From positions 1-56,378 of the forward strand of contig NZ_JAQWTM010000131.1 of assembly GCF_029242675.1 (NCBI RefSeq): 56,378 nucleotides of DNA, in the 5' to 3' direction. A model generated the notes under the pieces. That model was not told where the DNA came from and did not search any database. It saw only the letters and a program-made list of their open reading frames with translations. The DNA comes from Flavobacterium sp. (GTDB taxonomy: Bacteria; Bacteroidota; Bacteroidia; Flavobacteriales; Flavobacteriaceae). Both the position numbers and the translations under genes were made by a program. Shown piece after piece: positions 17,612 to 27,463 of this stretch (positions within the stretch are counted from its first letter, which is position 1; each line of letters begins with the position of its first letter).

Positions 17612-19000
17612 ATGAAAATACTAAAAAAAATAGTGCGTGAGGACAACTTCCTCTCCTTAACTGGAAACGTGGTGATCGCCATTTTGGGAATTGGGGGATT
17701 TGCCCTACTTGCTAGAAGCCTATCATTAGACGTATTTGGTGAATGGGTACTATTTATTGCGGCAGGTTCATTTGTTGAAATGTTCCGTTTTGGTATTACG
17801 AATACCGGTTTAATACGATACTTGTCGGGAGCTGACGGTTCCTATAGAATAAAACTAATTGGTTCGAATGCACTAATAAGTTTAGGTGCAACGGTGCTTG
17901 TAGCTCTTATACTGATCGCTTGTAAAATACTATTCCCTGAGGCGATTACAAACTCCGGTTACAATATGTTTTTTACTTGGTATCCCTTGCTCGCTTTCCT
18001 AAACCTACCTTGGAACATCGCTCTAGTAGTATTGCAGGCTGATAGAAAGTATATGCAAATTCTAGTCTTAAAAGCAATTAATAGTGGCGCTTTTTTTTTA
18101 GTTATACTTTTTCACTTTATAGCCGTAACACTGAGCTTGAGTAAATTAGTTATTGCATTGATAATTGTTAATGCGGCAACTTCAATTATTAGTATGATTC
18201 TAGGATGGGACGGTATACTCTTAATCAAGAAAGCAAGTGCCGAGACAAATAAAGAGCTACTGCATTTTGGTAAATACACCACCTTTACATTAATAGGGAC
18301 AAATTTATTGCGAAGTGTTGATACTTTAATTATTAGTTTAAGTCCCTTAGGAAGCGCTGCAGTGGCCTTGTACAGCATTCCTTTGAAGCTAACCGAACTG
18401 CAACAAATACCTCTTAGGAGTTTTGTAGCAACTGCCTTTCCTAAAATGTCAAAAGCGAGCTTACTAAATCAAATTGACGAAGTAAAAAGTTTGTTTTATG
18501 TGTACTCAGGTGCCTTAACTTACCTTTTTGTGGGAATCAGTATAGTCACATTTGTATTTGCTGAGTTTTTTGTGATTGTTATAAGCGGCCATAAATACTT
18601 AGTCACTGATCCAGTTACAGGTTTTAATGTAGTCGATATCGTTAGAGTGTTTTCTATTTATGGATTGTTATTACCAATTGATAGAATGACGGGCGTAGGC
18701 TTAGATAGCATAAACCGACCTAAAATTAATGCTATCAAAGTTTTTGTTATGCTGCTAGCAAACGTTATTGGAGATTTAGTCGCCATTTTCGTCTTCAAAT
18801 CATTAATTATGGTCGCCATTGCCTCTATCCTTTTTACTATTGTTGGTATATGGATGGGAATGTATTTTCTAGATAAAGAACTTTCGTTATCATACAAATC
18901 AATATTTACAAAAGGCGTCTTATTTTATATCTCACTTTTAAATAAACTAACGAATAATCGATACAAACGATTAGTCAAAATACAAAACAGTTCTAAATAA
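17612..19000 (+). CDS. wzx: Wzx-type flippase
   Basis: Multi-TM protein with LLARSLS...FGEW and LG..AVALY patterns, in polysaccharide context. Confidence 0.82.
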   Translation: MKILKKIVREDNFLSLTGNVVIAILGIGGFALLARSLSLDVFGEWVLFIAAGSFVEMFRFGITNTGLIRYLSGADGSYRIKLIGSNALISLGATVLVALILIACKILFPEAITNSGYNMFFTWYPLLAFLNLPWNIALVVLQADRKYMQILVLKAINSGAFFLVILFHFIAVTLSLSKLVIALIIVNAATSIISMILGWDGILLIKKASAETNKELLHFGKYTTFTLIGTNLLRSVDTLIISLSPLGSAAVALYSIPLKLTELQQIPLRSFVATAFPKMSKASLLNQIDEVKSLFYVYSGALTYLFVGISIVTFVFAEFFVIVISGHKYLVTDPVTGFNVVDIVRVFSIYGLLLPIDRMTGVGLDSINRPKINAIKVFVMLLANVIGDLVAIFVFKSLIMVAIASILFTIVGIWMGMYFLDKELSLSYKSIFTKGVLFYISLLNKLTNNRYKRLVKIQNSSK

Positions 19001-20487
19001 TGAGTACAAACAATAACATAAATCCTTTTGAAAACTATTCAGGATCAATGAACTTATCCAGACCTGGGTATTTATTATTGCTTTTTGGTTTCCTTTCTGT
19101 TATTGGTTTACTGGTTGTTAAACTCGGGATTATTGGAATTATATTAGTGTTCGCGCTACTATTTGGTTCTGTTTTTTTATATTATTTATTCTGTTATCCA
19201 ATAATTGGTTTTTACACCGCCATCGCTTTAAATTTCATGCTCCTAGGCATAGGAAGATATATTAAAGGGTTGCCTTTAGGTTTTGGTATAGATGGCATAC
19301 TTGTTTTGACTTACATTGCTTTGTTCATGAATAAGTTTAAGAAAAAAATAGATTGGACTCCTGCAAAAAAGGACATTACGTTCTTATGCATTATATGGTT
19401 TGCCTATTCCCTATTTGAAATCATTAATCCCGAAGCCAGAAGCATACAAGCTTGGATTTCAGGACGTGGTATTGCTTTTTACCCACTGCTTTTTGTGCCA
19501 TTGACTCTTATGTTTATTGATAGTAGCAAAAAATTACAAATGTTTTTCTACATCTGGGGTATATTCTCACTATTGGGAACGTTAAAAGGGATAATGCAAA
19601 TGACTATGGGCGTTGACTTTGCAGAGCAAGAATGGCTAAATGAGGGAAGTTATAAAACACATATTCTCTTTGGTAAATTAAGGGTTTTTTCTTTCTATAG
19701 CGACGCAGGACAATTTGGAGCTAATCAAGGTTATACCGGCGTTGTGTTTTTGATATATGCCATGTCACAAAGTAAAATTTTATCTAAGTTATTTTTCATC
19801 TTTGTTGGTCTTTTGGGAATCTATGGAATGGTTATCTCAGGCACAAGAGGTGCATTAGCTGTCCCTATAGTTGGTTTTATGACCTATTTTATTTTAAGTA
19901 AAAACGTAAAAGTAATTATAACAGGTGTCGCTTTTTTAGCAATTGTTTTTATTTTCTTCAAATACACAACTATCGCTCAAGGTAATGCACAAGTACGAAG
20001 GATGCGAACGGCCTTTGACCCTAACGACGCCTCATTACAAGTTAGACTTGATAACCAAAAAATACTGAAAAACTATTTATCATCAAGGCCCTTTGGAGGA
20101 GGAATTGGACATGGAGGTACAAAAGCACAAAAATATTTGCCTAATGCCTTCTTATCGAATGTAGCTACCGATAGCTGGTATGTATTGATTTGGGTCGAGG
20201 AAGGAATTGTGGGCTTACTGCTTCATTTAGGAATTTTATTTTATGTAATGATAAAAGCGAGTCTCATTGTCATGTTTAAAATCAAGGATCCTGTTTTAAA
20301 ATATAAAATGTCCGCTCTAATAGCCGGAATGGCCGGAATCATGGTAGCCTCCTATGGTAATGCTGTATTAGGACAAATGCCCACAGCACTATTAATTTAT
20401 GCAACAATGGCGATCATCTTAAATACAGATGTATTTGAAAAAGAAAATGAACAATCAGCAAACCTACTAAACCATTCAAAACATTAA
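19000..20487 (+). CDS. Wzy polymerase / O-antigen-ligase-family protein
   Basis: Multi-TM protein with SGTRGAL, a periplasmic loop SLQVR...PFGGGIG and DSWY....VEEGIVG. TAATG-coupled to wzx. Confidence 0.85.
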   Translation: MSTNNNINPFENYSGSMNLSRPGYLLLLFGFLSVIGLLVVKLGIIGIILVFALLFGSVFLYYLFCYPIIGFYTAIALNFMLLGIGRYIKGLPLGFGIDGILVLTYIALFMNKFKKKIDWTPAKKDITFLCIIWFAYSLFEIINPEARSIQAWISGRGIAFYPLLFVPLTLMFIDSSKKLQMFFYIWGIFSLLGTLKGIMQMTMGVDFAEQEWLNEGSYKTHILFGKLRVFSFYSDAGQFGANQGYTGVVFLIYAMSQSKILSKLFFIFVGLLGIYGMVISGTRGALAVPIVGFMTYFILSKNVKVIITGVAFLAIVFIFFKYTTIAQGNAQVRRMRTAFDPNDASLQVRLDNQKILKNYLSSRPFGGGIGHGGTKAQKYLPNAFLSNVATDSWYVLIWVEEGIVGLLLHLGILFYVMIKASLIVMFKIKDPVLKYKMSALIAGMAGIMVASYGNAVLGQMPTALLIYATMAIILNTDVFEKENEQSANLLNHSKH

Positions 20488-20527
20488 AAGCTTTCAAAAC
20501 TGATCCTAAACTCTTAAACTAAATACT

Positions 20528-21466
20528 ATGAATTATAGAAACATTAAAAATTTAAATGATATTATACTTCAAAAATTAAGTATTATTCCTCGCGACTTCG
20601 ATCTAATTGTTGGTGTGCCAAGAAGCGGTATGTTACCTGCAAATTTACTGTCCTTGTACCTCAACAGGCCTTATACCGATATTGATTCTTTTTTAAATGG
20701 ACATATCTATAAAGCCGGAGCTCGCTCCCAGTTTTTCGATTCCGGCGAACATAAAAAAGTTTTAATTGTCGATGATAGTATCGCATCTGGATCCGCAATG
20801 ATTGAGGTAAAAGAAAGTTTAAAGCATCTTGAAGATAAATTTGATTTAAAGTATTGTGCTATTTATGTAATTCCTGGAAAAGAAAAAATGGTTGACTACT
20901 TTTTTGAGATAGTTACTTTACCTAGGTATTTTCAATGGAATATTTTAAATCATACTACTCTGGAAAAAGCTTGCTTTGATATTGATGGAGTACTTTGTGC
21001 AGACCCTTTGCCAGAACAAAATGATGATGGAGAAAAATACATCGATTTTATTTTGAATGCGCCACCCTTATTTATTCCTGGAAGTAAAATAGGAACCATA
21101 GTAACCTCTAGATTAGAAAAATATCGCAAACAAACCGAAACGTGGTTGGAAGCTAATAATATCAAATATAATGATTTAGTCATGCTCGATTTACCTACTA
21201 TGGAAGCTAGGCAACGTGCTAACAATCATGGGGACCATAAGGCAAAAGCATATATGGCTAAACCTTATGTTTTATTTATCGAAAGTGAATTAAATCAAGC
21301 AATTGAAATTAATAGAATATCTAAAAAACCTGTGTTATGTACAGCTAATTTTGAGATGATATTTGAATCTGAATCTTTCATGTACAATCTAAAGAGCGGA
21401 AAACACTTGCCATTCCTTAGAAAATATGCTTTAAAGGTGAGAGATAAAATTAGAAAACTGAAATAG
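20528..21466 (+). CDS. Type I phosphoribosyltransferase fused to a HAD-family phosphatase
   Basis: IVGVPRSG and PRPP loop VLIVDDSIASGS. C-terminal FDIDGVLC (motif I), IVTSR (II), K (III) and FIES (IV variant). Confidence 0.85.
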   Translation: MNYRNIKNLNDIILQKLSIIPRDFDLIVGVPRSGMLPANLLSLYLNRPYTDIDSFLNGHIYKAGARSQFFDSGEHKKVLIVDDSIASGSAMIEVKESLKHLEDKFDLKYCAIYVIPGKEKMVDYFFEIVTLPRYFQWNILNHTTLEKACFDIDGVLCADPLPEQNDDGEKYIDFILNAPPLFIPGSKIGTIVTSRLEKYRKQTETWLEANNIKYNDLVMLDLPTMEARQRANNHGDHKAKAYMAKPYVLFIESELNQAIEINRISKKPVLCTANFEMIFESESFMYNLKSGKHLPFLRKYALKVRDKIRKLK

Positions 21467-21515
21467 CATTTATGCTAAACCTTCCCATTAATCAACTTAA
21501 CCCCAAACCTCAATT

Positions 21516-22718
21516 ATGCTACTATATACCATCATACAAACTGTTTTACTGTGCCTGCTTGGTTTGGCGACTTTATATATTTTAGTGTTTTCGATTGCAA
21601 GCTTATTTTACAAACAAAAAATATATGCTGACAATGGCAACCTTAAAAAAATTGCAGTACTTGTCCCAGGGTATAAGGAGGACGGAGTGATTATAGAAGT
21701 CGCCACGTTAGCGCTACAGCAAGAATATCCTGCTAATTTATACGATGTAGTAATCATAGCCGACTCGTTTCAAGAAGAAACAATTGCAGCTTTAAAATCC
21801 TTGCCTATAAAAGTAATTGAGGTTAGTTTTGAAAAAAGCACAAAATCAAAAGCTTTAAACAAAGCCATGGCAGCGTTAGATAGAGACTATGATATAGCCG
21901 TAGTACTTGATGCCGATAATGTGATGGCTAAAGATTTTTTGAAAAAAATAAATGCTGCTTTTGAATATGATTTTATTGCGGTACAAGGGCATCGAACTGC
22001 AAAAAACACCAATAATTCTTGGGCAATACTTGACGCAATCAGTGAAGAGATAAACAATAATATTTTTAGAAAAGGACATCGTGTTTTAGGTTTGTCATCT
22101 GCGATAATAGGGTCAGGCATGGCCTTTAGATATAATTATTTCAAGACACTGATGTCAACTGTGACTGCGGTAGGCGGTTTTGATAAAGAAATAGAGCTAA
22201 AAATGCTAAAAGAAGGCCGTAAAATAGTTTATCTAGATGACGCAGTGGTTTATGATGAAAAAATACAAAAATCGGAAGTTTTTGGAAACCAACGCCGCAG
22301 ATGGTTGTCAGCACAAATACACTATTTCAAAAAAGACATTCTAACTGCCACTAAACATTTAGTACTTAAAGGCAATGTCGATTATTTTGATAAAGCAATT
22401 CAATTTATTCAACCACCCCGAATCTTACTTTTAGGTGCAGTAATCCTTTGTAGTGGTGCTTTTATCTTGATTAATTACTTTGTAGGCAATCAAAGCTCTT
22501 TAACTTCATATTGGATACTATTGGTCGTGGCATGCGTTATGTCATTTGTTTTTTCAGTTCCAAGATCATTTTACAATTTAAAAACTGTAAATGCTTTGGC
22601 TCGTTTGCCAAAAGGAATGTTCATGATGTTACTTTCGCTACTAAAAATAAAAGGAGCTAACAAAACATTTATTCACACACAGCACACTTCTACATCAAAA
22701 GAAATAAATTCTAAATAA
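21516..22718 (+). CDS. GT2 glycosyltransferase, membrane-associated
   Basis: VLVPGYKE, KSKALN, LDAD and QRRRW, with N- and C-terminal TMs. Confidence 0.92.
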   Translation: MLLYTIIQTVLLCLLGLATLYILVFSIASLFYKQKIYADNGNLKKIAVLVPGYKEDGVIIEVATLALQQEYPANLYDVVIIADSFQEETIAALKSLPIKVIEVSFEKSTKSKALNKAMAALDRDYDIAVVLDADNVMAKDFLKKINAAFEYDFIAVQGHRTAKNTNNSWAILDAISEEINNNIFRKGHRVLGLSSAIIGSGMAFRYNYFKTLMSTVTAVGGFDKEIELKMLKEGRKIVYLDDAVVYDEKIQKSEVFGNQRRRWLSAQIHYFKKDILTATKHLVLKGNVDYFDKAIQFIQPPRILLLGAVILCSGAFILINYFVGNQSSLTSYWILLVVACVMSFVFSVPRSFYNLKTVNALARLPKGMFMMLLSLLKIKGANKTFIHTQHTSTSKEINSK

Positions 22719-22722
22719 CTAA

Positions 22723-23814
22723 ATGAAAAACAAAGAAATAGAAAAACTAGAGGCCATTCGTGGTTTTTGTGCACTCTATGTGGTGTTTTTTCACTTGTTA
22801 CCTCAAAAAATTATTGTTTTGGGTATCAATGTGGGGTTTCTATTTCGTTTTGGCTCTGAAGCTGTGATTATGTTTTTCATATTGAGTGGTTTTGTAGTCA
22901 AATATTCATGGGAGAAAGCGGCAGACAAGTCATTTAAGAACTATTTTTTTCGACGTTTTACTCGAATATACATTCCATTATTCTTCATTTTTTTATTGGC
23001 CTATGGTATAAAAAGTTACTCTGAAGGTGGATGGGCAAATCCAGATTGGAACACTCTTTTAGGTAATATTTTTATGCTTCAAGATGTCATTTCACTAAAA
23101 CCAAATGTAATTTCAGCAGTCTATATGGGAAATGGTGTGCTTTGGTCACTATCTTATGAGTGGTGGTTTTATATGCTTTTTATCCTTTTATCTAAAAAGG
23201 TATCTGAATCTAAAATCAATCTTTGGGTCACTATCTTAACGATTACTGCAACGGTATCTTACCTGACATATCCTTTCTTTTTAAATAGAATTGTAATGTA
23301 TTTTGCTATTTGGTGGACCGGTGTGCGATTAGCCTCTATTTACCTCAACGGAGCCGCCTATAGCTTTAAATCAATCCAAACGCATAGTTATGTGCTAGCT
23401 GTTATAATTGGGCTATTAGGGCTTAATCTCTATTTGAATTTTGAATACACCAAAATTTATGATTATCCACTAGTAGCATACCCATTTATAGAATTACGCA
23501 ATTTTATTTTTGCATTTATAGCCTTGTTTGCAGCTTTGATATGGAACCACTTTAATTGGTTTTTATTTACACGCCTATTTGGAGTTTTCAAATATTTTGC
23601 CCCATTATCTTATGTTATGTACATTTCGCACCACTACTTAGTTATTGAAGCAAGTTACCTTCGTTTTTTAAATAATAAGATTATCGAATACACCCTTTAC
23701 ATTATTTTGATGTTTGTGTTTTCTTACTTGTTAGAAATCGTGGTGTATACTAAAATAAAAAACAGCCTTACAATTCGTTTTTTTAATCAACCAATAAAAA
23801 AAATAGCATCATGA
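22723..23814 (+). CDS. Acyltransferase-3 (OafA-like O-acyltransferase)
   Basis: LEAIRG..A..VV..H, AV.MFFILSGF, RRFTRIY and LWSLSYEWWFY. Confidence 0.92.
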   Translation: MKNKEIEKLEAIRGFCALYVVFFHLLPQKIIVLGINVGFLFRFGSEAVIMFFILSGFVVKYSWEKAADKSFKNYFFRRFTRIYIPLFFIFLLAYGIKSYSEGGWANPDWNTLLGNIFMLQDVISLKPNVISAVYMGNGVLWSLSYEWWFYMLFILLSKKVSESKINLWVTILTITATVSYLTYPFFLNRIVMYFAIWWTGVRLASIYLNGAAYSFKSIQTHSYVLAVIIGLLGLNLYLNFEYTKIYDYPLVAYPFIELRNFIFAFIALFAALIWNHFNWFLFTRLFGVFKYFAPLSYVMYISHHYLVIEASYLRFLNNKIIEYTLYIILMFVFSYLLEIVVYTKIKNSLTIRFFNQPIKKIAS

Positions 23815-24974
23815 AAATAGGAATTGAAGGACAAAGACTTTTTCGAAAAAAGAAACACGGAATGGACATGGTTGCTTTAGAGCTTATAAAGAACCTTCAG
23901 GATCTTGATCATGAAAACCAATACTTCATTTTTGTAAAACCAGATGAAGATCGATCTGTGCTTAAAGAGACAGCAAATTTTAAAATTATAGAATTAAATG
24001 GTGGTCCCTACCCTACTTGGGAGCAAATAGCACTTCCTAACGCAGCCAAAAAATATGGCTGTGACGTGTTGCATTGTACTAGTAATACTGCTCCATTTTT
24101 CTCCAGTGTTCCTTTAATTACCATACTTCATGATATTATATACATGGAAAGTAGCTTCTTGAAAATCGTAACGAGCAGTGCGAGTACCTATCAAAAATTT
24201 GGAAATATATACAGGAAACTTCTCGTGCCACTGGTTGTGAAAAAAAGTAAAAAGGTTATTACCGTATCACACTTTGAAAAAAACCGAATTGGAGAATTTT
24301 TTAAAATAAAGGGTAGTTCTAAACTTGACGCCATTTATAACGGCGTGAGCGAACATTTTATGCCCATAACTGATAGAGACGAATTATTAAGAGTCAAAAA
24401 CAAGTATAATTTACCTGAAAACTACTTTTTCTTCCTAGGAAATACTGACCCAAAAAAAAACACTAAAGGAACATTAAAGGCCTTTTCTGACTTTTTAAAG
24501 CAGACAAAATCAAACCATAAATTAGTCATGCTTGATTATGACAAGACAGAGCTAAGTAAGATTTTAGTTGACATAAAGGATCCCGAACTAATTAATCATA
24601 TTGTATTAACTGGTTACGTAGTTAATACTGATTTGCCTGCTATTTATTCTCAATGCGATATCTTTTTATATCCGTCACTACGCGAAAGTTTTGGTATTCC
24701 CATGCTCGAAGCTATGTCTTGTAATGTACCTGTTATCACATCAAATACCTCATCTATGCCAGAAATTGCAGCTGATGCGGCTCATATCATAAACCCATTA
24801 AATCCAGAAGAGATAACTACTGGACTTATGGAGATTTTAAATAATGATGCCTATAAAAAATCACTTTGTGAAAAAGGATTAGAAAGAAGTAAACAGTTTT
24901 CTTGGAGAAATATGGCAAAAGACTATTTAAAACTGTACGAGCAAATTCATGCTGAACATTCTATAAAACACTAA
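23811..24974 (+). CDS. GT4 glycosyltransferase
   Basis: LHD, IYNG, PKKN and YPSLRESFGIPMLEAM (EX7E). Confidence 0.94.
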   Translation: MKIGIEGQRLFRKKKHGMDMVALELIKNLQDLDHENQYFIFVKPDEDRSVLKETANFKIIELNGGPYPTWEQIALPNAAKKYGCDVLHCTSNTAPFFSSVPLITILHDIIYMESSFLKIVTSSASTYQKFGNIYRKLLVPLVVKKSKKVITVSHFEKNRIGEFFKIKGSSKLDAIYNGVSEHFMPITDRDELLRVKNKYNLPENYFFFLGNTDPKKNTKGTLKAFSDFLKQTKSNHKLVMLDYDKTELSKILVDIKDPELINHIVLTGYVVNTDLPAIYSQCDIFLYPSLRESFGIPMLEAMSCNVPVITSNTSSMPEIAADAAHIINPLNPEEITTGLMEILNNDAYKKSLCEKGLERSKQFSWRNMAKDYLKLYEQIHAEHSIKH

Positions 24975-24977
24975 ATC

Positions 24978-26189
24978 ATGATCGAAGGGAAAAACATCAT
25001 TTGTATATCGCAAACAACGTGGCATGGTGAATTCACTAAGTCAACGGTACAATTGTTATCACTCTTAGCAGAAAAAAACACAATTGTTTTTGTCGAATAC
25101 CCTTTCACAATTAAAGATGTTGTCATGTCTTTACTTGGAAAACAAAAAGCACAAGTAGCACGAATGTTAGGCTTAAAAAACAGAATCAAAAATGAAATAA
25201 CAGACACTGGTGCAGTTGTAAAACATTTGGTCATGCCTCCTGTTTTACCCGTAGACTTCATTTCTAGTGAATCATTATTTAAAAAAATATTTTCTATTAA
25301 CACCTTTATCTATCGCAGCCAACTCCGTAAAACTATTAAAGACTTAAAATTAGTTGACCCCATAATACTAACGGCTTACAACCCCATGTATGGTCTACCC
25401 ATGATCAATAAATTACACGAGTATTTAAATATTTACTATTGTTATGATGGAATGGATACACAAAGACACAAATCGAGAATTTACAATATTGAAAAACAAT
25501 TTTGTAAAAAAGTAGACACAATTATAACCACATCTGATTATTTGAATGCTGAAAAGAAAAAATTAAATCCACAAAGCTATGTGGTTAAAAATGGTGTCGA
25601 TTTTAAGTTGTTTGTTCCTTTCGCAAAAACCATGATAACAGCTGTAGATGTAGTCAAAAAAGTGGGCTACATTGGGACCTTAGATTTTCGTTTTGATATT
25701 GATACTATGGAATATGCCATTAAGGAATTGCCTGAAGTCCTATTTGAATTTACAGGTTATTTACTAAACAATGAAATTCAGGAGCGTTTATCACCCTATA
25801 AAAATGTAACATTCTTTACCTCAGTTAAAGCACATGAAGTACCTAAACTACTTTCAAAATATGATTTAGGTATTATTCCCTATAAAATGAACGAAGTAAA
25901 TCGCAATATTTATCCTTTAAAAATTAATGAATATTTAGCCGTTGGGGTGCCTGTAGTAATGACTGCTTTTGCTGATTTGACTGATTTTAAAGCCATAGTT
26001 AAAGCTGCTGTAAATAAAGAACTTTTCAAAATCTATATCGAAGAAGAATTAAAAAATGATAGCAAACATTTAATTCAAGAGCGAATCGAATTTGCTAAAC
26101 GTAATTCATGGGAAAATAGAGCCTCAGCATTTAGCGATATAATTGAAAAATCTATAGAAGCAAAATATCCTTCTAAAACTTTAAAATAA
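24978..26189 (+). CDS. GT-B glycosyltransferase (TuaH/GT4-like)
   Basis: YYCYD, KNGVD, GYIG and PLKINEYLAVGVPVV. Confidence 0.88.
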   Translation: MIEGKNIICISQTTWHGEFTKSTVQLLSLLAEKNTIVFVEYPFTIKDVVMSLLGKQKAQVARMLGLKNRIKNEITDTGAVVKHLVMPPVLPVDFISSESLFKKIFSINTFIYRSQLRKTIKDLKLVDPIILTAYNPMYGLPMINKLHEYLNIYYCYDGMDTQRHKSRIYNIEKQFCKKVDTIITTSDYLNAEKKKLNPQSYVVKNGVDFKLFVPFAKTMITAVDVVKKVGYIGTLDFRFDIDTMEYAIKELPEVLFEFTGYLLNNEIQERLSPYKNVTFFTSVKAHEVPKLLSKYDLGIIPYKMNEVNRNIYPLKINEYLAVGVPVVMTAFADLTDFKAIVKAAVNKELFKIYIEEELKNDSKHLIQERIEFAKRNSWENRASAFSDIIEKSIEAKYPSKTLK

Positions 26190-26194
26190 AAACC

Positions 26195-27385
26195 ATGACT
26201 ACACTAAAAATTATATTTTGGATTTTCTTATTTATCATAGTGTATACATATGTTGGATATGGAATTTTATTATTTGCAATCATCAAAGTAAGGAGGTTTT
26301 TTAATATTGGTGGGGAGATTAAAATAGATTATTCCTATGAACCTGAAGTAACTTTGTTTATTGCCGCTTATAATGAAAAAGATTATGTGGCTGCAAAAAT
26401 GAAAAACTCATTAGAACTAGAATATCCAAAAGAGAAATTAAATATCATTTGGGTGACTGACGGATCTGATGATGGAACACCTGATTTATTACAAAATTAC
26501 CCAAATACAACCGTTCATCACTTGAATGAACGAAACGGTAAAATTGGTGCAATGAATAGAGGAATTGCATTTGTAACTACTCCTATTGTAATTTTTAGTG
26601 ACGCTAATACTAACTTAGGAAAAGAATCTGTAAGACGAATTGTCAATTTATTTAGTAGTCCAAAAGTAGGTTGCGTTTCTGGGGAAAAGCGAATTGTAGA
26701 TCGAGAAAGTGATGTGGCTTCAGGTGCTGGTGAGGGTATTTACTGGAAATATGAATCGGCCTTGAAAAAATGGGATGCTGAATTGTATTCAGTTGTTGGT
26801 GCTGCAGGAGAATTGTTTGCAATTAGAACTGCTTTATATCGCCACGTAGAGAAAGACACCCTTTTAGATGACTTTATCATTTCATTACGCGTTGCTCAAG
26901 AGGGTTACATCATACAATATGACCCTCAAGCCTACGCCATCGAAACTGCGTCAGCAAACGTAAAGGAAGAACTGAAACGCAAAATTAGAATATCGGCAGG
27001 AGGAATTCAATCTATTGTGAGATTACGTTCTCTTTTAAACATTTTTAAATATGGAACGCTCTCTTTTCAATACATTTCACATCGTGTATTGCGTTGGAGC
27101 TTGACACCAGTCTGTTTGCTACTATTAATCCCTGTTTTGACTGTCATTGCATTAAGCGAAGGCATCATGTCATTAGGTTTATATTCTACTCTATTTTGGT
27201 TGCAGTTCCTTTTTTATGCCGCTGCGCTACTAGGTTGGTTTTTAGAAAACAGAAAAACCCGAGTTAAAATTTTATTTGTGCCGTATTATTTCTTTATCAT
27301 GAATTTATCCGTTGTATTGGGGTTTTTTAGATATATGAAAAATTCACAATCTGTGAACTGGGAACGTTCAAAAAGAGCGGCATAA
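26195..27385 (+). CDS. GT2 glycosyltransferase, membrane-associated
   Basis: IAAYNE, DGSDD, FSDAN, YWKYE, GELFAIR and DDF, with flanking TMs. Confidence 0.93.
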   Translation: MTTLKIIFWIFLFIIVYTYVGYGILLFAIIKVRRFFNIGGEIKIDYSYEPEVTLFIAAYNEKDYVAAKMKNSLELEYPKEKLNIIWVTDGSDDGTPDLLQNYPNTTVHHLNERNGKIGAMNRGIAFVTTPIVIFSDANTNLGKESVRRIVNLFSSPKVGCVSGEKRIVDRESDVASGAGEGIYWKYESALKKWDAELYSVVGAAGELFAIRTALYRHVEKDTLLDDFIISLRVAQEGYIIQYDPQAYAIETASANVKEELKRKIRISAGGIQSIVRLRSLLNIFKYGTLSFQYISHRVLRWSLTPVCLLLLIPVLTVIALSEGIMSLGLYSTLFWLQFLFYAAALLGWFLENRKTRVKILFVPYYFFIMNLSVVLGFFRYMKNSQSVNWERSKRAA

Positions 27386-27463
27386 TTGGTAAAAAAATCA
27401 ATGAATTATTAGAAACAACAAAGCTGTAATTTCATTAAAAAACATTTGTTTGTTTAAGACACA

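Noticed and set aside
19000-20487. Call as LPS O-antigen ligase waaL
   Set aside because: The fold family is shared. With Wzx and a co-polymerase present and no other polymerase, Wzy is more plausible, so no symbol was given.
18091-24460. A9/T9 homopolymers in wzx (18091) and the GT4 gene (24452) as phase-variation tracts
   Set aside because: Runs of this length also occur in unrelated genes (e.g. 34652) in this AT-rich DNA. Frames are intact and the runs encode ordinary Lys/Phe stretches.
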